In this document: one piece after another, positions 1-11,774 of the stretch
Numbering within the stretch: the first letter of the stretch is position 1
How the letters are laid out: each line of letters opens with the position of its first letter
NCBI RefSeq assembly: GCF_009914755.1
Contig: NC_060947.1
Reading direction: 5' to 3' (one strand)
Length of the DNA stretch: 64,000 bases
Source of the DNA: the human T2T-CHM13v2.0 reference genome, Homo sapiens
Made by a program: the position numbers and the translations under genes
The notes under the pieces: model-generated
What the model was told of the DNA's origin: nothing
Seen by the model: only the letters and a program-made list of their open reading frames with translations
Database searches by the model: none

Positions 1-740
1 AATGGCAATAACTAGTCATTTTACCTAAAGTTGTTAGCCCTGGGATTGTTACCATGATTGTGTGTACACAGGCTGAGCCCAGGTACCTACCATGCAAAGT
101 TTAAGGGGGTGTTCATTCTCAGGTGCCGACTCCATACTTGCATGACTCTGAGAGCAAATATTTCCTTAAATTTTGTTCCCAACCACCTCTCTTGGCTCTT
201 CTCAGTCCCAGACCTGTTGCCAGGTTCCCCTTATTCAGCTGAGAAATTCCTCCTCTCCTCTCAGGTGCCTGGTGCCTCTCTGCAACCTGAAAACCATCTC
301 TTGGATGACCCTTTAATAACTACGGGATAAATGACTCATAGCACTACACCCTCCCAAAGATGCTTGCTTTAAAAGAGGATTAAAATCTTAATTAAAAAAG
401 CACCAAAGCAGGATTTCAGGCATGACTTAGTAGAACAGAATATCGTGGGGGCCAGCAACCTCTGGGGATTCTGAAATCTGTATCAGTTGGCAGGCAATGT
501 CTCATGTCACTCTGCATGTCTAAGCACAGAAACGTGGAGCCACAGGGAAACTGATGCACTGGGGACTTGAATTGAATTTTGAAGAATGGCTAAGTAGTCA
601 GATGAGAAGGGAAGACATGTTAGCATGATTGAAAGCACATCCCAAAGGATTTTTTCCTCACCGTTTCCTTTTTTTCTTTCTTTTCCAAAAATGACTTGAT
701 ATAACTGACTCATGTGGTAGCCAGCCTCCAAGATTGCCCC

Positions 741-1434
741 CGTGATGGTTAATATTAGGTGTCAACTGGACTGGATTGAGGGATACCTAAATGGCTGGTG
801 AAGCATTGTTCCTGAGTATGTTTGTGAAGGTGTTTCCAGAAGAGATAGATGCATGAGTCAGTAGGCTGAGAGGAAGATCCACCTTCAATGCAGGGTGGGG
901 GGCCGGGCTAGGACAAAGCAGGTGGAAGAAGGGGGATACTCGACTGGCTCTTGCTCCCTCGCTCTCATTTCTGGAGCAGGATGCCATTTTTTTCTTCTTG
1001 CCCTTGGACATCAGACTCCAGGTTCTTTGCCTTTTGGACTCTGGGACTTGCCCCAGGAGCCTCCTGGGCCTCTCTGACCTTCAGCCTCAGAGTGGGGGTT
1101 ACACTGTTGGCTTCCCTGGCTCTGAGGCTTTCAGACTTGGACTGAGCCACACTACTAGGCTTCTCTCGTTCTCTAGCTTGCAGACGCTCTATGGTGGAAC
1201 TTCACCTTTGTGATCGTATGAACGAATTCCCCCAATCAACCCCTTTATATATACATATACATATATATATATGTGTATATATATATACATATATATATGT
1301 ATATATATATACATATATATGTATATATATATACATATATATGTATATATATATACATATATATGTATATATATATACATATACACATATATATGAATAT
1401 ATATGTATATATAAATATATATACATATATATAC

Positions 1435-1516
<82 letters not shown>

Positions 1517-1551
1517 CTTGTTCTGTCCCCTGGAGAACCATGACTAATATG
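741..1551 (+). mobile_element. MLT2 (ERVL) solo LTR, MLT2A/B-like
   Basis: Start GTGATGGTTAATATTAGGTGTCAACT; end TTCTGTCCCCTGGAGAACCATGACTAATA; degenerate 5-bp TSD GCCCC/GCTTC. Confidence 0.85.
1246..1510. repeat. Compound microsatellite: interrupted (TA)n with CA/TG, then (GT)13 and (AT)22
   Basis: Read directly; lies in the TA-rich 3' part of the MLT2 LTR. Confidence 0.98.
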
Positions 1552-2084
1552 GCTTCCAAGGGTTCTCCCCTCATGGTATTTGTGCTCATGTGTAGTGCCA
1601 CATTGAATCAGGGCTGGTCTGTGTGACCAGTGGAATATGGCGGAGATGAGGGTATATGACTTCGTAGTCTAACACACAAAGGGTATTGTGCCTACTGCCT
1701 TGCTCTCTTAGATTTCTTACTCTTAGGGAAGCCAACCACTATGTCATGAGGACACTTAAGCAGCCCTGTGAAGAGAATCACATAGGAAAGGAATTGAGGC
1801 CTCCTACCAGCCAGCACCAACTTATAAGCCATGTGAGTGCATTATCTTGAAAGTAGATCCACCAGCCCCAGTCAAGTCTTTAGATGACTATAGGCCCCGC
1901 TGACATCTGACAATCTCTGACATCTGGCTTGAGATCACAAGCCAGAACCAGCCCAATCAAACTGTTCCCCAATTCCTGACCTACAGAAAATGTGAGAGAG
2001 AATATATGTTTATTGTTACACTATTGTTTTAAGCAACCTGTTACACAGCAATACAACTAGAATTCGGAAAAAGAAATCTTAAAA

Positions 2085-3095
2085 TCAGCAAGAAAAAGAC
2101 AAACAACACAATAGGGAAATAGGCAAAAGACCTGAAGAGACACTTTACAGAATAATAATAATAACCAAATGGCCAATAATCTCAATGAAAGTTGCTCAAC
2201 TTCATTAGCTATCAGGGAAATGAATAAAAACATCAATGAGATGCCACCGCACACCCACCTGAATGTCTGTAATGAGAAAGATGAAAAATACTGCTTAGAA
2301 AAGATGTGGAGAAAATGGAACTCTCACATACCACAGTGGGGTATATACCACTTGAGCAAACTACTTTTGAAAACAGTGTGTAGAAAACAGTCTACTAAAC
2401 CTGCCCCAGCAGTGCCACTCCACTCTTAGATATGGACCTAACAATATTTGTACATATAGCCATGCACTGCATTATGATGTTTTGGTCAGTGACAGGCCAC
2501 ATATACAACTGTGGTCTCATAAGATTATGATACCATATTTTTACTGTACATTTTCTATCTTTAAATATGTTTAGATACATAAGTACTTACGATTGTGTTA
2601 CAATTGCCCACAGTGTTCAGTACAGGAACATGCTGTACGGGTTTGTAGCCTAGGAGCAACAGGTTCTAGCATATGGTCTAGGTGTATAGTAGGGTGTACC
2701 ATCTAGGTTTGTGTTAGTCTGCTTTGTGTTGTTCTCACAACGATGAAATTGCCTAACAATGCATTTCTCAGAACATATCCCTATCATTAAGTGACATATG
2801 ACTGCATATTTTCTGAAAGACATGGATTAGACTTTTTATAGCAGAACTATTCATAATAGCAAAATAACTGGAAACTATCTAATGTCCATTGCAATAGAAT
2901 GAATAAATAGAATATTTACACAGTGGAGCACTATACAGAAATAGCATTGAATGAGTTCCAACTACACACAGCAACAGGGATGAGTCTCACAGACATAATG
3001 TTGGACTTCTGAGGGGCTGGTATTGCTCTTTCTGTATTTTGAAATCTGGCTGCTTGTTACATGGATGTGTTCAGTTTGTGTAAATCTACTTACAT
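2085..3095 (+). mobile_element. Old L1M (ORF2 end/3' UTR) fragment, split by Tigger3a
   Basis: L1-like motifs GGCAAAAGACCTGAAGAGACACTTTACAG, TGCTCAACTTCATTAGCTATCAGGGAAATG and TTTATAGCAGAACTATTCATAATAGC. Confidence 0.75.
2457..2804 (+). mobile_element. Tigger3a (MER7A) TcMar-Tigger MITE
   Basis: About 348 bp matching recalled consensus (CATAAGATTAT...TTTGTAGCCTAGGAGCAA...GCATTTCTCAGAACATATCCC...ATGACTG). Confidence 0.9.
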
Positions 3096-3236
3096 GTGAA
3101 AAAAAAGATTTTGAAAACACCTACTTTCTGTGATGTGTTGAGAGGGCAAAAAAAATCCCAGGTCAGATCATGACATCTGCAGTTTTAATGTTCAAGCTCA
3201 AGGTGAAGCTATGTTTGGACGTCTATTCCTCTAACT

Positions 3237-3411
3237 CAGTGGTAGCCAAATTATAGTCTGCAGGCAAAATTTAGCCAGCCATCTCTTCTTGTAAATAAAG
3301 TTTTATTAGGGCACAGCCACACCCATTTGTTTATGCGTTATCTATGATTGCTTTCTCCTGACACCAGCAGAGTTGAATAGTTGTGAAATAGTTTGCGTGG
3401 CCCCCAAAACC
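3237..3411 (+). mobile_element. MER58A hAT-Charlie MITE (partial)
   Basis: TTGTAAATAAAGTTTTATTAGGGCACAGCCACACCCATTTGTTTA...GCAGAGTTGAATAGTTG. Confidence 0.85.
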
Positions 3412-4769
3412 ATCTGCTCTGATTGATTGAGAAGCTTCTGATGTTGTTGCATTACTTCTTTGTCCTCTTCACTCCTTGTCCCCTCTTGCCCTAGCTCAGG
3501 CCTGTATATCAAGGCCTTTTCCAAATACAGACAAGCTCTGTAATTTTCTGAAGAAAGGACAAATTGGGCCAGTGCCATGCTCGCCATTGCCCTGCCTTTG
3601 TCATATGTCTGTTTATTGGGACACAACCCAGGTGTTCCCATGATGTGCACCATGAAATGGAATGATCAGATTGTTCATTTGGCTCATTACTAAGCTGCTT
3701 CTGAAGATAAGATTGAATTTGACAACAATGGCAACACAAGTCTTGCAGAACACCTGCACACACTCAAGCTATTTAAGTGGAAAGAGATCTGTAAGTGTAA
3801 GTGCATAGTTTTTGGAAAAGAACATCTAGACAGACTCGTTTTGATTATTAACTTCAGTCCTTCTCCAGTACATGATCACAGATGGGCTCTTGATTCCCAT
3901 GGCTCTGTTTTTAGCTAAGAGTATGTGACACATGCCAGGTGTTTGGCAATTACATCTTGTTGAACGTGGTCACTCATGTGGAAATACAAATATCACTCAC
4001 TGTTTGAATCAAGAAAATTGTCACTGCCAAACATGTTTCAGATATTCTTTTTTCTGAAGTGTTTTCTCACTGCCCATTTATAACCAGCTGTCTTTAAGTC
4101 ATTATTTTTCCTTAAGAAAGGACTTATTAAAACGGAAGAAAACAACTTTGGCAGGGATTGTTCAATAGTTAAACTCTAAGTTTCAAGTAAAAACTTTGGC
4201 TTTCTTTTCTGCATTCTTTCAAGTCCTTGCTCTGTGACCCTGGGCTTGTTTAGCTTATCTGGGTCTGCCATCTGTAAAAAAAAAAAAAATTTAAGTTTAT
4301 ATTCACTCACTTCCTCAAGTGATCTAGTGAATGATTGTTGTCCATGAAGTACTTTTAGACACCTTGCTGAAAGAGATGATGGAATTTCAAAATTAACCCC
4401 CGTGACAAGAAGAGCCAGTACATTTCCACTGCCAGCACTTTGTGATAAAGAGTGATTTATGTCCATACATGCTCCCAACTTGCAGAGTATTTTGGAGTGA
4501 TACAATCATTGTATAATTTTATGCATCTTTACCTAAAGGGAATGAGAAGGAATCTGGCTAAAGAGAAGAATTTTCTATGGGGAAGGAGAAATTGTACAGA
4601 AATTCAAAAGGGAAGACTTTAAAAAATTATTTGTTAATTTTTTTTTTGGCTTGTATTGGTTGAAATTTCAATTAAGTCACCAGAAACACATATTGAATAC
4701 ATGTTACATTCAAGGCACTATTGTGGATGCAAAGACATTTTAGAAAATCTCTTTTTGAAATACAAAAAG

Positions 4770-5005
4770 GTTTTTGGAGTAAGAAACCACAAGTTCAAAT
4801 CCTGGCTACACCTTTTACTGGATGTGTTACCTTGGGGAGCTTACTTAATTTACCTGAGCCTTAATTTTCTCATCCAAAATTGGAGGGAATCATTATACAC
4901 CCATCCCTTACTGTTCGAGTGAGGAGAAGGAAATGAAGTAAAGTATGTAAAGTGCTCAATAGAGTGCCTGGAAAGGAGCCAGTAGTAAATACTAGCCATG
5001 CGATT
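4770..5005 (+). mobile_element. MIR SINE
   Basis: MIR core: GTTCAAATCCTGGCT...TGTGTTACCTTGGG...TTACTTAA...CTGAGCCTTAATTTTCTCATC...TATGTAAAGTGCT. Confidence 0.8.
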
Positions 5006-5807
5006 GTTGTTGTCGTATTAAAAAGTATTTCACAATTGAATCTGCTTTTAAGAAAAACTTTCCAAAACTTAGATCATAGAAAGATTATAGTGTGCCCTTT
5101 CCATGTCATACTAGAACATTATCTTCATGCCCACCTAAGGTACAGTTAATGTAGGCAAACTTGATTTCTTATTTACTTGGTTAGACCCAAGACTTTATAA
5201 AATTAGATGACAACTTGTAAAAAATTGATAAACTGAAAGAGATGGGAAGGAGATTTTGTCAGATAGAGATGTAGATGATTTCTTTCCATTAGAAAAGTAT
5301 TATGGGTTTTCTGCCCCATCTGATATTAAGCATTTTTGTCTCTAGCTTGGAGATCTTGTTTCAGCATTCTTTCTTTCAGAGACTATAAATGCTTAAGGAT
5401 TAAGCATTCTCCTTTGGACCAGCTATACCATCCTACTGGCTCCTTCATTTGTGAGTTAAATAAATCTTCAAAACATGTTCATTTATTGTAGGTATAACTA
5501 TGTTTTTAACTTCTTGAAAATTATAATTTGATAGTTTCTAGCCTCATCTTTTCATCTTGTCCTTCTCCTCTTTGAACTTATTAGGAGAGAATAATATTTG
5601 AATGTTCCAGGATGCTCACTGAAAGAGCTGAAATTGTCTTGGTATTAGAGGGTTAGGATCTTTCATACAAAAGAGCTATAGTTAAGACAAAAAAAAAAAT
5701 CATTGTACCTCAGTGCCCAACACACAGTAGATCAAATGTACTCATCCACACGCAGCATAGACTCCAATCCTTAGACATGAACATGCCCTTACAATTTTGA
5801 ATCCTAA

Positions 5808-6440
5808 GTGTGTCTACTGTGGACAGCATATAGTTAGATCTTGTTTTCTTTATCCAATCTGATAATCACTGCCTTTTGATTGGATTGTCTAATCTATTTA
5901 CATTTACAGTTATTATTGAAACAGTTGGATTTATGTCTGCCATTTTGTTTTGTTTGCTTTCTACATGTCTCAGGTATTTTTTGTTCCTGTCTTCCTTCTT
6001 TACTATTCTCTTTTGTAGTAAGTTGATATTTTCTAGTGTATCCTTTTAATTCCTTTAATTACATTTTAACTTTTTTAATTTTTTTTTTTAGTGGTTGCTC
6101 TGCAGCTTACAATATACATCTTAATTTATTATAATTCACTCCTAATATTCTAACCTAATTCCAGTAAGATATTAAAACTTTATTCCTATATAGCTCCATT
6201 CCCTTCCCCTATTTTGTGCTATTGCTACTATATATACCATGTCTGTATATGTTAGAAACCTAAAAATACATTGTTATAATTATTGCTTTACATAATCTTA
6301 TGTCTTTTAAAGCGGCTGAGAGAAGAAAGGACAGCAAGTATATATTTACAGAGTTTGTTATATATTAACCTTCATATTTATTACTTCTGGTTATCGTCAC
6401 TTCTTGTGGATTGGAGTTAGCATCTGGTGTCATTTCCTTA
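5808..6440 (-). mobile_element. Old L1M internal fragment
   Basis: GACAGCATATAGTTAGATCTTGTTTTCTTTATCCAATCTGATAATC...TATTTACATTTA is typical of antisense L1M near the ORF1/ORF2 junction. Confidence 0.75.
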
Positions 6441-6856
6441 CACCATATCCTCACAATTTAACTTCTTCATTAGAAGTAGACTTCACAATTTTTATGAGAT
6501 GTGATAAGAAGTCTTAGACTGTTTCTTGTGTGTGGGGGTGGGGTTCTAGAGAAATATCCATGCCTTACCTAATTCAGTTTAAGACCCTTGTCAATAAGTT
6601 TTAAGATATTCTTAAGAATATCTTGTTCTTGGATGTGAGCTCTTCCACATACAGAAGGACAAATACAAATATTTCATTATTACTTATTCCCACCCTGAAT
6701 CTTTTCTTCCTTAGAAATGCTTTTAAAACATGAAATAATCAGAGGTTTTTTTTATTGACACTAATTTATTTAACAAACTTCAAGGGTTTTGGTAATCTAA
6801 TGGAATAGCCTTTGACTCTTTGACCTAAAATGTTTTCCTGGGAAGAGACAACTTTG

Positions 6857-7339
<483 letters not shown>

Positions 7340-7472
7340 TCACCTCTAGCAATGTTTACAGTCAGTTGATGAGATGAAGGCAGGGAGAAGAGATCTCTTC
7401 TTTGGGTGGCAAAATGGGAAATAATACTAGTGTTTCTCCTCTTCACAAAGAGACCACACTGAACCAATTGTT

Positions 7473-7795
7473 CAGTAGTGCTTCCCAAACTTCAAGGCGC
7501 ATACTAATTACCTGGAGCTTAGTTGAAATGCAGATTCTGATTCCAAAGGTGGAGGGTGCAGCCCAGTGTTCTGAAATTTTAACAAGCTCCTGTGTGCTGC
7601 AGATGTTGCCAGTGACTGGGGAACCAGACTTTAAGTAGCAAGGGTTAGAGCGCTCATTCTCAAACTTCCTGTACATTACAATCGCCTGGGGGATTTCTAA
7701 AAATTACTGATTCCTGGGGCCCATGCCCAGAGATTCTGATTTAATAGATTGTGGTTGTCATAGTAATGTGCAGGCAGGCTGCAGAGTTACTGAGA
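7473..7795. mobile_element. Two adjacent MER5-family hAT MITEs
   Basis: AAATGCAGATTCTGATTC...TTTTAACAAGCTCC and CCCAGAGATTCTGATTTAAT motifs. Confidence 0.7.
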
Positions 7796-7954
7796 ATTAC
7801 AAGTTAAAAGTGCAGGAGACTGATCAAGCCAGGAATATCATAGCTCAGTCTATGCATCACCAGAACCCAGGTTTTGTGTCAGAGTTTGAGTGTCTTCATG
7901 GCCAGGATGTCCTGAATATGGCTACCAGATAAATCAGATTTCTCTTTTTTACAT

Positions 7955-8859
7955 TGTAAACCAAAAGTAAAATTCTAAGCCTCCAACCAACTGAATGGAC
8001 CTCCCTTTCGGCCAAGGGAATTCCAAAGTAAACCTGAAAAACTAGTTCAGGCCATGATGGGAAGTGGGAGGGTCAGATGGGCCTCATGATACCCTCCTCC
8101 CTTTGGAGTTCAGGCACAACTGACCAGCATTAACATTAAAATGGAGCTCTTAAGACTGACAAAGCAGACTCTTTGTAGCAAATAAGAAACTAAATTCCAA
8201 CCTGACTCTAGTATAGCATCACATTGACAAATAGCAGGCCCTGAAAGAAATCAAAGTATTTTACGCCAAAATATATTTCTTTGACATATTTTGAAATGGC
8301 CCTAAAAAGCTGTCTCTTGTGGGGAAAATTTACGTTCTGCAGAGAATGCCCTTCTCTTCCCAGGTCTTTTCCTGATCCAGGAAAGATTAACTAAGATTAT
8401 AGCACTTTTTTAGGTTTGGTAAGAGACATTTACCATCGAATCTGTCTGAAGCCTGCTACCTGGAGGCTTCATCTGCATAATAAGAACCTTGGTCTCCACA
8501 GCCCTTTACTTTAACCCAGATGCTCCTTTCTACTGATACTAGGTCTTTAGATAACAACTTAACTCTTTCAACCAATTTGCAATCAGAAAACCTATGAATC
8601 CACCTATGACCTGGAAGCCCCCAGCTTCCAATTGTCCCGCCTTTCTAGACTGAACTAATGTACACCTTACATATATCAATTGATGTCTTTCTGTAACTTC
8701 TGTCCCCCTAAAATGTATAAAATCAAGCTGTAACCCAACTACCTTGGGCACATGTTCTCAGGACTGCTTGAGACTGTGCCTTGGGCCTTGGTCACTCATA
8801 TTTGGCTCAGAATAAATCTCTTCAAATATTTTACAGAGTTTGATTCTTTTTTGTCAACA
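7955..8859 (+). mobile_element. MER4D-type ERV1 solo LTR
   Basis: TG...CA termini (TGTAAACCAAAAGTAAAATTCTAAGC ... AATAAATCTCTTCAAATATTTTACAGAGTTTG...TCAACA); 4-bp TSD ACAT/ACGT. Confidence 0.9.
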
Positions 8860-8989
8860 ACGTTGATCCATATTCAGTACAACTTTAATACAACTACAGT
8901 CAGATCTCTATATAGTTGCAGCATACCAAGAGAGCCATCTGCTAAGGTGCAGGCAATAAAGGAATGCAAGTAGAATATTTAGAAACAAT

Positions 8990-9404
8990 TGAGAGACTGA
9001 CAGACAATGGCTATCTCATATACAAATGGACAATGGTCAGATCATATATGACAACAGAATCCTAACCAACAATCTCTGCCAAGAATGGTCAGGACTTGGT
9101 CAATGACTGCCAGCCTCCCTAGTTTTTACCTCCACTTTCAACTCAGGACCAACCAGAGAAAGGCAAATATGCTCCCCAAATCAATCCCGTAAGATGCCCC
9201 ATTTCTAATTACCTCACCTCCAGCTTCCCCATGCCAGCAATCTCTAATCAGAGCACACTCGGAGCCTTTTTTTTCCTACCATAAATCTTTCCTACTCCTC
9301 TGCCCACCTTGGAGTCTCTGCAAGTGATGATGGCTGACTCCCTTGCTCTGAATAAAGAGACTCTGTTTGTTTTCTTTTGGGTGGTCTTTGTTAATTTCCA
9401 CACA
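8990..9404 (+). mobile_element. ERV1 solo LTR (MER31/MER67-like)
   Basis: CAGGACTTGGTCAATGACTGCCAGC...CAGGACCAACCAGAGAAAG...CTCTGAATAAA; subfamily uncertain. Confidence 0.7.
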
Positions 9405-11104
9405 ACAATGAAACTAAGAGTCAGTTTGCTTTTCATTATCACCATCCACCAGAATTTCTGAAAAATTACAGAGATACAATACGCTGCCTAGGTGAGGGTG
9501 GACTGCTCCCATCACCTTGGCCCCCTTGGTAATGTCACCGCTTTGTAACACTTTTTCAGCTAACTCTTACAACACAGCTTGATATCCAGGCTGCCCTGGA
9601 ACTCCACACAGCTTTTCTCTTTCTGAATCTGCTGCTCTTTGTGACCCCTATCTCCATACCCAGGGGCTTTCCTCCACTTCCAGAGACCTTCATTCAGCTT
9701 CCGTTCTAACTGTTCAATGTCATGTTGCTTCTAGGAGGTCACAACCTCTAACTCCTCTTCTTTCCTTTTCCCAGCACTTTCCCCCACCCTGAGCTTGGCT
9801 CCAAACCTCAGTTTTTCACTTTGCTTTCTATTGTTCTGTTTTCTGCAAATTGGTCCCTAGCCCGTTACCAATTAACATTTATAGAATTGCATAATTAACA
9901 TGAGATAAATCAAGAGGCTCTTATCTATGAAAAAATGAGCATGTGCATTCTCCATGTGTTATTCAAAGTCAAAATGCAGTTGATGAACTGCTTCCCAAAG
10001 TAGTTTATCAGATTATGACAAAGCACTTTAAACCTAGAGGTATAGTCAGTTTAAAAAGAAAAAAAACCCACTTATATTTGTTGTTTAGTTTTGCCTCAGT
10101 CCCCCTCCCCTATTCCGTCTACCCCAACTCCAAAATGCATCTCAATTCTCTGAATTTCTGGTGTGTGTTGAAAACTTTCACATTGTGAAATCTACTTGCC
10201 AGCACATTCTTCTGACCATCTTCATAATGGATGGAAATAGAGCAGGGAAGGATTAATAACAAAAGTGCTAAGAAAAATTATCCAGAACTTGGAAATAAGG
10301 CCAGGAGAGTTCAGGATATCCTTTCAATGTCATAATAGTGTGTTGGTTTATAAGCCCACCCCAGGGCCTTCCATAGGAAGATACCTTTGTATAACTTGCT
10401 ATATACCATTTGCTAAAGATCCCAGACTTTGTGAAGTTACTTGTTAACTTGTATAATGTCTAGTAGAGATGCAAATCATTTTCCCAAAGATTATAGTTTT
10501 ATTGCCTTGTAGGACAGTGAGCAGTTTTGTATCCAACCTAGCAATCTCATTCAAACACTCTTCTTTTTTAATGCCTATACATTTCCAATGCTCTTTGAAA
10601 CACTTTATTGTCTCATTGGTTCCATCATTAATGAATTGAATTAAACCTTTGACCTGAGCCATGATTTTAACTTTTTGAAAATGATACTTTGAAAAGAGTC
10701 ATGAACAGTTGACATGGGAGCCAGTCATGGCAGATGTGATGAATGAAAAAGAGAAGCCAGATTTATCAATGTAGCTATTCTAATCCTTTCACAGATTCCT
10801 GCTTCTAGAGTTATTTTTTTGTAACACATACTATTAACTTCCCTTCAGGAATTATAGCCTCAGAAAAACTTTTCCACAACATTAATTACAAGAGGAATCT
10901 GGAAAGGTACGTAACATCTGTGGCCTCTAACCTGTGTGGTAATGGGCTGGTGGGAGTCTTGGGGATTACAAGAGTAACTGGCACACAATGGAAGCACCCC
11001 TCCCATCCTCACTCCACGGGGAACCCACGGGACAGAGGACTGAACCGGCCCACCATTTCCCAGAGCCAAAATAGGAAAGAAAACTGGCTTTTCCAAAATG
11101 ATAA

Positions 11105-11774
11105 TGAAGTAGCATTGTTGTGTGGGGTAAATACCCGAGATTCATTGTCTCACCGTCACAGAAAACTAGAACGTGGATACACAATGAGTGAGCTTTAGAG
11201 CAGAAGTTTAACAGGTGAAAGAAATAGAAGAGCTCTCTCCTGCAGGGAAAGGGGTCCTGAATGGGTTTCTGCTTCTGAGGTGAAATGCAGTGTGTTTTAT
11301 AGATGAGCTTGAAGAGGCGGTGTCTGATTTACATAGGGGACGAAAGATTGGTCGGACCAGGTGTTCCATTTGCATAAGGCACGACAAACTGGTTAGGACT
11401 AGGTGTGCCATTTGCATAGGGCGCGAAAAGCTGGCCACCCGCATCCTGATCTTTTATTATGCAGATGGGTCATCTACCCGGCTGGCGCCATGTTGCCTGT
11501 TCCTTTACTCTACACATGGTGACAAAGAAAGGGGAAGATGGGCCTCCACGTTGAACATACCTGGCCCCCAGGTAGCCCTTTTCTTTTGGCACAACTGCTG
11601 GCATTCACCTGGGCAAGCTTCCACCTTGCTTATCTATGTCTGCAGCTCGATTTTTCAGGCTGCTCTTTGTTCGAAGAGAATAATTTCTCGGGCTGATTTT
11701 TGTTAGAAGGAAAGCCTTGCCGAGGACTCTTTTACCCTATCTGCCTAAATACTTTCTTTCTACCTCCCATATCA
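11105..11774 (-). mobile_element. LTR9-family (HUERS-P3) ERV1 solo LTR
   Basis: Minus strand starts TGATATGGGAGGTAGAAAGAAAGTATTTAGGCAGATAGGGTAAAAGAGTCCTCGGCAAGG; TG...CA termini; 670 bp. Confidence 0.8.

Larger units (their letters stand above)
713..2062 (+). mobile_element. MLT1F-type MaLR solo LTR, split by an MLT2 LTR at 741-1551
   Basis: Starts TGTGGTAGCCAGCCTCCAAGA at 713. Resumes collinearly at ~1552 (ATGGTATT...GAGGACACTTAAGCAGCCC...GATCCACCAGCCCCAGTCAAG) and ends TGTTACACAGCAATA. Confidence 0.8.

Noticed and set aside
1189-1601. Several Y/I-rich ORFs
   Set aside because: These are translations of the (TA)n microsatellite.
3342-3653. 103-aa minus-strand ORF with protein-like composition
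   Set aside because: No recognisable family; it ends inside MER58A and has no convincing splice signals.
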